Part shown: positions 54,235-64,000 of the stretch, piece after piece
How the letters are laid out: each line of letters opens with the position of its first letter
Position numbering within the stretch: position 1 is the stretch's first letter
Assembly (NCBI GenBank): GCA_028534125.1
Contig: CM052817.1
Span: 77,378,001-77,442,000, forward strand
Source: Lama glama
Taxonomy: Eukaryota
Direction: 5' to 3'
Length of the DNA stretch: 64,000 nucleotides
Translations under genes and position numbers: made by a program
Notes under the pieces: model-generated
Told to the model about the DNA's origin: nothing
The model's input: only the letters and a program-made list of their open reading frames with translations
Database searches by the model: none

Positions 54235-55295
54235 GATCTCACCCAGTCTCAAGGCTTTAAATATCATACAAGTGCTGACAAATCTCAAATTTATGTTTCT
54301 AACTCAGACTTCTTCCCTGAAATTCAAGCTCATATATCCCATTGGCTACTTCATATCTTCACGTGGATGTCTAACAGCCATCTCAAAATTAACATTTCCA
54401 AATTTGAGCTTTTGACATTTTCACTAGAACTCAATCCTATCAGTCTTCTAAAACTCAGCGAATGAAAACTATTCTTCCCATTGCTTAGGTCCCCAAACTT
54501 GGAGTCATTTCTCACTCTATCTTATATCCAATTCATCTACAAATTCTGTTGGTTCTACTTCCAAAATATATCCAGAATCTGACCACTTCTCACCACCTAC
54601 ACTACTCCTCAGACTGGACCAAGTCACCACCATCTCTTGCCTAGATTACTGCAACAGCCTTCCTGAGTGGTCTGTTCTTGCTCCACTGTGCTCTTTTCTA
54701 CAAAAAGCAACCAGTGTGGTCCTATTAGATCTGCAATTATATCACATCACTTCTCTAGAAAAGACCCCCTAGCAGCTTCCCATCCTAGAGTAAAACCAAA
54801 GTCCTTATGATGGCTGATGAGGCCTAGATTACTTCTGACCTATCTCCTAACTTCTCTCTCTCTTACTGTGTCCTAGTCATACTAGCTTCTTCACTTTTCT
54901 CAAATATGCTAGACATGCTACCACTTCAGGGCCTTTGTACTTGTTCTTTTTGTTGGGATGTTCTTTTCCTAGTATATCTTCATGGCTTCCTCCTGCATCT
55001 CCTTCAGATCTTTACTTGAATGTCTTCTCAGTGAGACTTTCCTTAGTCATTCTATCTAAAATCAGAATCCCTCCATTCAACAGTGCTGCCTGCCTTCCCT
55101 CTTTTATTTCTTATTACTTCTCATTATTTAACATATAGTATAATTTAATTGTTAATCTTTCCCTATGCCTATTTCTCCCACTAGAATTTAAGTTCTGTGA
55201 GGGTGAGAATTTAAAAAATTTTATTTACTACTTACTGTCTAGAATAGTAACTAATATATGATAGTTACTCAATAAAAGTTTGTTGAGAGAATAAA
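54235..55295 (+). mobile_element. L2 (L2a-like) 3' fragment
   Basis: ggctttaaatatcat...tccaaaatatatccagaatctgaccacttctcaccacc...ctcaataaaagtttgttga. Confidence 0.8.
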
Positions 55296-58200
55296 CTAGG
55301 GAGGAACAGAGAAAGAACACCAGGAGTATACGGTTTTCTGGAATCAAGAAAGAAAGCTTTTTAAGAAAAAGTTAATACTGATGCAGTTTTGACATAAGAT
55401 GTATGTGTTTATTTGAGATGTGTTGAGGTTGTGTTTGCAAGGCATGCACACCATTTCAGCTTCAAGAGCTTTGATACAAAATAAGGGAGCTAAAGGTTCC
55501 CTAACCAACATCACTTCTTGACCTACCAATGCATAAGATAGAATCAGGAGGTAAGAATGGAGATTGGATGGTTAAGCTAATGGTGCCGAAAGGAACTAAT
55601 ATACATTACATTCCCCCTACGTGCCAAGTGTTATGCTAGCTATCCAGCAAATATCTGCCACACGTTTACCATTTGCCAGCACTATTTAAGCACTGGGGTT
55701 ACAAAGTGACTCAATCTACTAGGGAATAAAACACTAGAGCCTTGTAGAACAAGGATATTGAACATAATAATAGATGTATTCTACATATAAATATAAGGCA
55801 ACATAAGCCCAGAAGAGCAAGTAGCCCAAGAGCAAGCACAAACCAGAGAACGTTTCAAGGAATTGGAAATATTTATAGAAGCATACCATAGAAAAATCAG
55901 AGGAGACTCACCAAGCAAGGAAACTCATCACGTAAAGGGAAAAACTATGGTTAGAAGTTCCAAAACAATGACCATGGGTAGAGACTTAAGAGTATACCAA
56001 CCTCAAGCCCAAACCTAGCTTGAATATAATCCTGTCAGTTGTATAAAATTAAAAACAAGAGAGGAGAGCAAGAAGACTGGGACTGCAGTTGCTTACAGTG
56101 TTTGCTCCTTGCTTGAAATAGAGAGCAAGGACTGAAACAATAGCTGTATATCCACTCAACACACGTTGACTAGTCACCACCCAACCTAACCAGATCTGTT
56201 TTAGGAGCCAACAATCAGATTATCATCTCTTCTCTTTCTCTGGGTAACAGGGGTAGGGTTGAGGTAGACTTCTATTCTCCCAACATAAAAATGACTTGAG
56301 AGCTTGATTATATTTTAAGAGGGAAAAGGAAGAAAGAGGATTCTAGGATGATTCCTGGCTTCGTCTACTGGGTAGGTGGTGATGACTATACTGTCTAGAG
56401 ACTGGGAATTCAGGGTGAGGAGCTCATATAAGAGGAAGGATGATAAGGGCAGTTTGGGGCATGTTAATGTTGAGATGTTTGTGGAACACCAAAATGAGGG
56501 TTCAGGTAGCAATCTGGAATACAGGAAAGAAGGCCTGGAGATAGGCTAGAGTCTGACATCTATATGGTCGCTTGCGACTGTCTCCAAAGTAATTTCAATG
56601 AACAGATGAGGCACAGCCTAAGACTAACAGAATTGGGAAGTTGGCATGTCTGGACCTGCTCAGCATGTGGTCTCTGGTAAATCTACTCTGGTGATGGCAT
56701 GCTGGAAAGCCTCCTAATGGCACCACCAGGCCCTGATGCCAAACCCTCAAACACATTTCCTTTTGAAAAACGTTGCATGTCACATACTTCTTCCCTCCTA
56801 CCAGGATTTCTCTCCAATAATCACCTATCACAGACTTACATTTATCATGAAGTGAACCACCCCAAAACTCAAATTATCAGTTTTTATTGTTTTACACATC
56901 AATATTTGTTTCTCTTTTATCTCCAAACATTCAAGTTTTCCTCTTTCAAGATACACACACACACAGGCAACTTGCTTTCCTTTCAGCAACAGAACTCTCT
57001 CTCCCCTTTAGTTCACTGCTGGTTCTTTTAAATAAGTAGTTTCCATTTGCAGCTTACACTTCCCATCCACTCATTCTTGCCTTAAATCCCATCTATGAGG
57101 GTTCTGTTACTACCACATTAAAAACTGTCTCTAAATTCTGCCAATGACCTACTCTTTGCTAAATTCAAATACCTTTTCTCATATGTCACTCTCTGTAATC
57201 TCTGTGTATTGCTTGACAGGACCTTAAAATTCTCTTTTCTCTTGAATTCCTCTCTTTTTTCTTCCAGTTTCTTTAACTGTTTCTGATTCATCCTTTCATT
57301 CACTCACTCATTCAACAAACATTTACTAGGCACTGAAGTTTTTACTCTTACAATGTGTCACAGTTTATGAGAAAAAGTAGTAGGTGGGTTTGGATTCAGG
57401 CAAACTACATGGGAAACCAGTAGATTAGTGGAAGTTTGCATGGGAACATAGAATCAAAGTAAAGAAAAATGTTCATACAATTCAGATTTTGTTAATGACA
57501 TTAGGTTCTGATGCACAGATAAATCACTCTCCCATGTAGGATATATACTTATCAAGTACACCAGATAAGTATATCTGTTCGTTTCTGACTGCTTTATTTC
57601 TTAGCGATCCCTCTCCTGACTCACACATGTTTTATTTATGTGTATTAATCCCACAGCTCAATTCATATTTGTATCCTTCTCCGTAAAGGAACTATTCTAC
57701 TTTTTCTATCTATGTGACCTTCAACATGTGACTTAACCTCTCTGTGCCTGTGTGTCTGTACACAGGGATTCAGCTATTATTTTTTAAGGTAACTTTACAT
57801 ATTTTGATTGTCATCCTTTCATATGTTTATGCTAAAGTTAAACTTTTTGATAATAATTATAATAATAATGGCTAACATTTATTACACACTTAATATGTGC
57901 CAGGCATTGTGACAAGCACTATGACATGTAGTAGCCTTACGATGTTGATATTATGATTGTCCTTATTTTATAGCCATGCTGCTGAGACTCTAGTATGTGA
58001 TACATGGCTGGCAAGTCCAGATTCTGTCACTAAATTTCTTTACCATACATTCTTAAAAAAAAAACAAAAAACAGAAAAACCTCTCAAAACTTCATGTTTT
58101 CCTTAATGAACTTTGATTTAATTAGGCCATGATAAATTTGTATATAAAAGTAGAGATAACTTCTTGCAGGTGAGAAAACTGTCAAAGAAAATGCTTCTGC

Positions 58201-61200
58201 AGACCATAGGAAAAATACGGGCTGGCTAGAATTGTGAAAGGAAATGTGACAAAATTCTGGATAAATGCTGGGATTATGCAAGCAAAGGAAAAAAAAAAGT
58301 TTGCAAGTTTTCTTTGGCAACTTGGTTCTTAATGTTCCTGTACATGAAACCTTCTTTCTTTCCAAGTTCCCAACACCGTTACACTAGCTTCTGTCCTTAA
58401 CAAGCTTTCCACTGGGCTTTGTTTACCTCTCCTTCTCTCCCCAGTTTACCTTAAGGCTTAATTTAAGAGCCTAGCAGGAAATGCTTAAGTAAAAGAAATA
58501 AACTTGCAGAGGAAGACAGGTAAAACACTGGGCTTGCTTAAAAATGGATTACTTTGATGGAGTTGTATTTGATACTTATTTTTGGCAGTGAAGGTGGTAA
58601 GTGTGTTTGTGTGTGTGGTACACGGGCCAGGAAAGGAAGGAGAGGTCTGCACAGCAATGGCACGTTTCCATTGTTTATGTTCAGCATTTTAATAACGTTA
58701 GTATTTGCACAGCTGAAGGAAAGGAAAGCACCCTGAGAACAGACACCATGAGGAACCCTAGAAGTTTGCAAACCAGGAAAACATGAGTTGGGAAAGAGCC
58801 ATAAATGTTAATAAGTAAAAATCACCTAAGCCAAGATAAACCTAGTGTTGGGATGCTAAATTTCAAACGGAATCAAAAAGGAGCTCGTTGAAATAATTAT
58901 TCTGACAATTCTCAACTCTGCTTCTTTATTTTTGTCATGAAGATATCAATACAGAGATATTCAGAGATCAGGAAGTTGGAGATTACTGAACGGTATAGCG
59001 AAAACACAAAAAGCCTTTAAATGAGAGAAAACAACTTTTAGTTCCGTTTCCATACTTTACAAGTATGATGCATAGGGGATTTTACTTAATCTCTCAGAAC
59101 CTCAATCTCCTCATCTGCTAAACAAAGGCAACGTTTAGCAAACATTAAGGAAATAGTGGCTGTAATAGTTCCTCTTACTATTGGTTGCTGCCCTCGGGCC
59201 TCTATCTGTCTTGTACTGTCTCATTTTGGCCAGTAGGATAATCACCACAGCTCTGCTTATAATGATTCTGCCCTGGCTGTGGGGTGGTAAGGGGATCAAC
59301 TGTAAACAGGATCCTCCTCAATATAGGAAAATAGAAACAATGGAAGGCATGGCAAGCCAATTAGCCATTAAGGAGAATGCATAGGGCTTTTTGCAAAAAC
59401 CAAGGCCCATGCTTCCACAGACAGCCTAACCAGCTGTGAATTTTCACACATTTGTTATCTCTTCAAACAGATTCTTTCCTTTCAGGGTTACCACCATATC
59501 AGAGGCCCTGAAGCCTGGTAAAGAACTGATCATCCTCTCAGATTTGTCACTCAGCGCTGGCCTGCCTGCTGCCCTGTTTGAGTTCTGTGTGCATTAATCC
59601 AGAACTGAGCCTGAGTAACGGTAATGTGCTGTCTGCCCACCTAGCAGACATTCAGTCCCCACATCCTGGGCCCATGGATCCTGCCCTAATCTCCAACTGC
59701 CCACAGCCACCTAATATAGACTGAAAATGGGACAAGGAGAAGCACAGAATTAAAAAACAAGTGCTCAGTCAGAAGAAGATCAATGCAGACCTTGTTTACC
59801 ATTTGGCTATGGGGCTCATGTTTACCACCGGCTGAATAAGGTTGCTTTTCATGGGGCCTCATGGTGTGGATTTTTGTTAGGTGGTATACTGGCAGTAAAA
59901 TTCACCTTAGTTAATCTTTTTTCTCTTCTAGCAAGTGGTAAAAGAGTTGGAAATTCAACTGTGGCAGGCCAGAAATGGAAATAATTTGGTTAAAGAGGTG
60001 TTGAAAATCTCTGCCAGAAACTTCTTCCTCACTAGCCTCCCAAGGCACCAAGTTCTACCATTAGAATCCCATTATTTTGCCTACAAGAAAAGATCCTATC
60101 TTGTCTTTAGCACCAATTAGTTTAAAATACTTAGGACTTTGAGGGGAAAATAAAGTATTACTATGTTGAAATTGAGTTTGGAAGGTGCTTCAAGGACAGG
60201 AATGATTAGTAGGAGCAGTGTAAGTACTGAGACCCTGGGGGTAAGAGGGATCCTTTTTTAGGGTACAGTGTCTGTGTGTGTGTGTGGGTGTGGAGGGCAC
60301 CAAGAGAGGTGGGCAACCCTGGGTCTTAGAGGTGGGAGGGTGGGGGCTGCAGACAAAAGGAGATTGCAATATGACAGATTTGAGGGATGTTTAATCTAGA
60401 GCCAGACCTCTGTGCAGATGAAATAGAAATATATTAACTGACTTGATTTAAAATTTAAATGCACTGGCTTTCAGAATGGACCACCTGAAAATGCTGTATA
60501 ATAATCATTAAAGTTATTTTTAAAATTTAGCCTTTGTGTCATGAAGCAAATGGATATCTTAAAGCTACAATACTAGTGATTTATTCTTCCTTTTTTTCAG
60601 AACAAATAATAACTCAAAAACCAGAAAGCTGTCAGAGATTTGTATAAATGAGCTTAAAAATAAGGCAAAACAATTTTAGGTATAATTGAGAAATAAAAAC
60701 AAGTAAGTTATATTCTTCAAAATTTCTAAAATCTTTTAAAATAATTTCCTTTCATTTTGGAAACCAGAGACAACATAACAATTATTGTCTGCTACGGACA
60801 TCATTTCAACCCATAAAACTGTGCATAATCCCAAGTTGGAAACATATAAAAGTGACCAAATAGGAGTCTTCGTGAATATATTTTTATTTTTTCTGAATAA
60901 TGTGGTTGATTGTTCGAAGGTCTAAATCTTTCACATTGCAGGAATAAAATAGTTAAGGAAAAATTAACCCTTACTAAATTTTTATTAAGTATCATGAATG
61001 TCTAAAATTGTTACATATAAAATGTTCATGGTCATGTGGTAGAAACTGCTACCTCCACTTTACTGATGAGAAAACGTAGAGTTTGAGAGACTTGACAAAG
61101 AGCACACCACAGTAAATGCTAAAGCCAGGAATATATTGGCAATTGAGAGATCTTGAGAGGGAATTTCAATTCATTGGCTTTGGCTAAATGGTTTTCACTG

Positions 61201-61632
61201 GCACTTAAGTAACAGCGTCAATGCAAACATTTGCTTAGAAGCAATTGCAATAGGTTAGCTTAAACCTACCATTTACTACCTTGAACTGTCAGTCCTATGA
61301 TCAGGCACCTCTTTCAGTCTCATACAAAACAACTTCTCCCTTAAGTAGCCACTATCTTCTTATACTTAAGTGACTGCTCACTTACTACAATTCTATTTTT
61401 CCATAAGTGTTTAACATAACAGGAAAAAATTCCAAACTCAAGCCAAACCTTAAGTTCATTCCACAATTAATCTCCAACTCACTCATTTATTTGTTCATTC
61501 AATGAATATTGAGTGCCCACCAAAATGCTAGACACAATTTTTGCTGCTTAAGATATAAAGCCAAAGTCCTTATGAAGTTCATATTTTAACAGGAAAAAGT
61601 GATACCAGAGACCGATAGATAGATTCAGACAA

Positions 61633-62142
61633 AATAATGTTGATCTGTTCTTGTGGCAAAAACTGAGTTTTCACCCAGTAACTACTACCTTCTTTGTCAG
61701 TAAGTTACCCTCTGAATTTTAACTGGGCACATGGCCACCCAGAATAAAACCTACATTTCCCGATCTTTCTTGAGCTATGTGTGGTTATATGACTAAGTTC
61801 TGCCAAAGAGATACAAACAAGAGGTGTGAGCAATATCAGGCCATGTTCTAAAGGAATGTTAGTGTGCCTTTCTCATTACTTTTTCTTTTTCCTATTGATT
61901 GAAATAAGAGCATGTTGACTAGAGCTGAAGCAGACATTTAGGCCCAACGGTCTGCATTTTAGGGACAATGGAGCAAAAAGTTAGAAGGTGACTGAGCTTC
62001 TGATGATTACATCAATCACACCAACCCTAGATTATTTACCTCTGGACTAAGTTTATGTGTGAGAAAAACGAACTTTCACCTTTTTGAAATGTCTGTTTTT
62101 GGGGTTTTGTGTTAGATTGATTTTACTTTAATCTTAACTATT
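61633..62142 (+). mobile_element. MLT1-type LTR nested in an L2 remnant (about 61480-62380)
   Basis: ggcacatggccacccagaataaaacctacatttccc...atgactaagttctg...gtgagaaaaacgaactttc. Confidence 0.65.
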
Positions 62143-62969
62143 CCAAAAATATTTTTTAAATAGAGCAGAGTAAGGGACTAGAGAGTGACACCATGTGATA
62201 TTTTAGACAGAGTGATTGGGGAAGGACTTTATGAGGAATCAATAGTTGAGGAGAGTCCTGAATGCATGAGTGAGCCAAGTGATAGGGGAGAGTGCGTTCC
62301 AGGAGGTGGGAAGTAGTAGAAGTGAAAGCCCAGATATGGGAACCTGCTTCTGTGTTCAAACGCCAGCATGGATGCCAACATGACCCAGCTTCCTAACCTC
62401 TTATCCTGTCTCCCAGACAGGAATCCTTGACTCCAGACTTGCAGAGATCAGTAAACTTTGCAGGTATTGTTCTCTGCAGGGTCTCTTCAAAGAGCATGAC
62501 CCAGGCACAAGTCTAAGCTTTTACACAGAGAACCTCAAGGCTCAACCTCTAACGCCCATTCTAAAATGCTTCCTGCTCAAATATTGCCAATTTTTCTGAA
62601 CCGAGCATTGGTTCTCACTCTTGCTTAAGGAATGGCACTATTGGTCCACAACACATTGCTTTCTTTCTTCTTGAAACTCCATAGGTAGTATTGCAATACT
62701 TTCATTTTAATAGTTAATAATCTATCATTCTGTTCTAATTCATGTGTGTATCTTTTGCCATGTCAATTAAGATGTAGTGTAAAAGCTACAAATTAAGAAG
62801 TTTAAAAAACCCCTTTGCGCTAGTATCTCTTCAAACAGAAGGTGCTCCATAAAAACTTTCTGCATGTTCATTCAACCATCTCACAAACTAGAAACACAAT
62901 GGAGAGAACCTAATCTTTCTTGGTGCCTCCCTTTAGCCAGGAAGATATGAGTAGCTGAAGTATTTTGTG

Positions 62970-62996
62970 CTATATATAGTCAGTTGATGTCAGCTG
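62970..62996 (+). promoter_or_regulatory. MYOZ2: MYOZ2 core promoter: overlapping MEF2/TATA element plus two E-boxes
   Basis: CTATATATAG at 62970-62979 matches MEF2 CTA(A/T)4TAG and contains TATATA. CAGTTG at 62981-62986 and CAGCTG at 62991-62996. It lies about 200 bp upstream of a consensus donor; no CpG island. Confidence 0.75.
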
Positions 62997-63000
62997 GATG

Positions 63001-63170
63001 CCAGTCTCTTCAGAAAGGCTCAGTCCCCAGTTTGAGTCAGATCTAGGGACCATGCCGTCCCAGGCACAAGGATAAAAACCATCGGGCCCAAGTGCCATCC
63101 ATATTCCATCTCTAGTTTTTCCTCCACAAATTGGGATTCATCCTGTTGAAAAGCACGGTCTAAGAGCAAG
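63001..63170 (+). other. MYOZ2: MYOZ2 exon 1 (non-coding 5' UTR; start approximate)
   Basis: Ends at the consensus donor AAG|GTGAGT (63170/63171). Start inferred about 30 nt downstream of the TATA element. The intron to the acceptor at 63730-63731 is 561 bp. Confidence 0.8.
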
Positions 63171-63744
63171 GTGAGTATACTGTATCCTAAAATGCTTTAT
63201 TAGTCAGTTGTCCAAAGAAGTTCAGAGTTGTGACTCATTAATGGGAATTCTTTGCTTTAAGGACAGCTGTTGATGCTAATATTAAAATGCTACAGTCAAA
63301 GAGGTCAGGTTTAATCTGGTGTCCTTTCTTCATTCTTACAGTTTGCTGGAATTGATGTATTGTGATACTGGTACAAATGAAGGCCAGTAAGGAAAACAGT
63401 GACAGATTAAAATAAACTGTAGAAAACAGAGAGGGAGGGGAAAGGAGGCCAGCTCTTTCATTGTTTTTCATGGCCTGATAATCATTGTACTAGTGTAGAG
63501 ATAAGACTGGGCCTGAAACTCTGAGAATCAGCCTCTGTTCACTGTGAGATTGCCTGTCAATGAATAGCACACTCTGTCCCCAGACTCGGAATGCGTATTA
63601 AAGTCTTTCAGTAGAAAGCAATAATAAACTTTTAATAAAGAACAAAGATGCTCTCTTTCAAAAGGATGATTACAAAACACTCCAAATGAGTTCTTCACAT
63701 TGCCTCAATAACGTCCCTTTATTTTTAACAGGGAACAAAAAACC

Positions 63745-63820
63745 ATGTTATCACATAATACCATGGTGAAGCAGAGGAAACAGCAAGCATCAGCCATCAT
63801 GAAGGAAATCCATGGAAATG
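63745..63820 (+). CDS. MYOZ2: Myozenin-2 (calsarcin-1/FATZ-2), first coding exon; partial CDS continuing beyond the window
   Basis: Acceptor ccctttatttttaacag, exon starts at 63732, then aaccATG at 63745. Translates [25 protein letters not shown] plus 1 nt, with donor G|gtatca at 63820/63821. I recognise this as the myozenin-2 N-terminus; it is too short for the ORF track. Confidence 0.96.
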
Positions 63821-64000
63821 GTATCATTAAAAACTCTTCTTAGCATTGATATAGTTCAGCATTCATGTAGACCTTTCCTGATGTTATTTAATATTCTAAA
63901 GTTAAAACTTCCTTTAAATTCTTGCTATTCTGTCATAGCAAACCTGGAGCTCTAGGGGGTATAGAAAAGCCTATGGCAACTAATCCTTTTGTAGTCATCC

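Larger units (their letters stand above)
52230..55380 (-). mobile_element. Old L2 remnant hosting two LTRs and a second L2
   Basis: cattcattcatttatt...catttattaagtgc (L2 3' end on the minus strand), ggtgctagggatacagcag, and cagtggaggtggtgagaagg. It resumes after 55295. Confidence 0.65.

Noticed and set aside
55824..56018. Stop-free + frame of about 64 codons (AQEQAQTRERFKELEIF...) in A-rich sequence
   Set aside because: No early start codon, no clear splice sites and no recognisable homology; the length is compatible with chance or an old retroelement remnant.
59116..59140. Small hairpin tgctaaac...gtttagca (and a similar one at 14372-14392)
   Set aside because: Stems of only 8 bp at MIR edges, too short for a pre-miRNA or a structured RNA call.
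59340..59720. Possible alternative MYOZ2 promoter or exon (CAGCTG at 59431, CArG-like cctaatatag at 59710)
   Set aside because: Motifs are imperfect or sparse, and the promoter at 62970 with the donor at 63170 already explains the gene start. It could still be an enhancer but I cannot support that.

Overview
Mammalian genomic DNA, AT-rich and CpG-poor, most likely a camelid, judged from a Vic-1-like tRNA-derived SINE and young L1 3' ends. One 500-N assembly gap lies at 23805-24304. The window covers the SYNPO2-MYOZ2 muscle gene pair, both on the + strand. Bases 1-13103 are the last SYNPO2 intron. The terminal coding exon of the long SYNPO2 isoform is at 13104-13646, followed by a 3' UTR of about 3 kb. 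About 46 kb of repeat-rich intergenic DNA follows (L1, L2, MIR, MER DNA transposons, MLT1, and seven solo LTRs with readable target-site duplications). The window ends with the MYOZ2 promoter (overlapping MEF2/TATA plus E-boxes), non-coding exon 1 and first coding exon (63745-63820). Nearly all ORFs in the supplied track are spurious. I found no convincing new biological system. The most interesting observations are a Kozak-context uORF in the MYOZ2 leader, a MIR-like fragment inside a younger LTR, a twin-primed L1, a cluster of four solo LTRs, and short motifs shared between the SYNPO2 terminal exon and myozenins. Gene and repeat family names come from recognition from memory, not from a database search.
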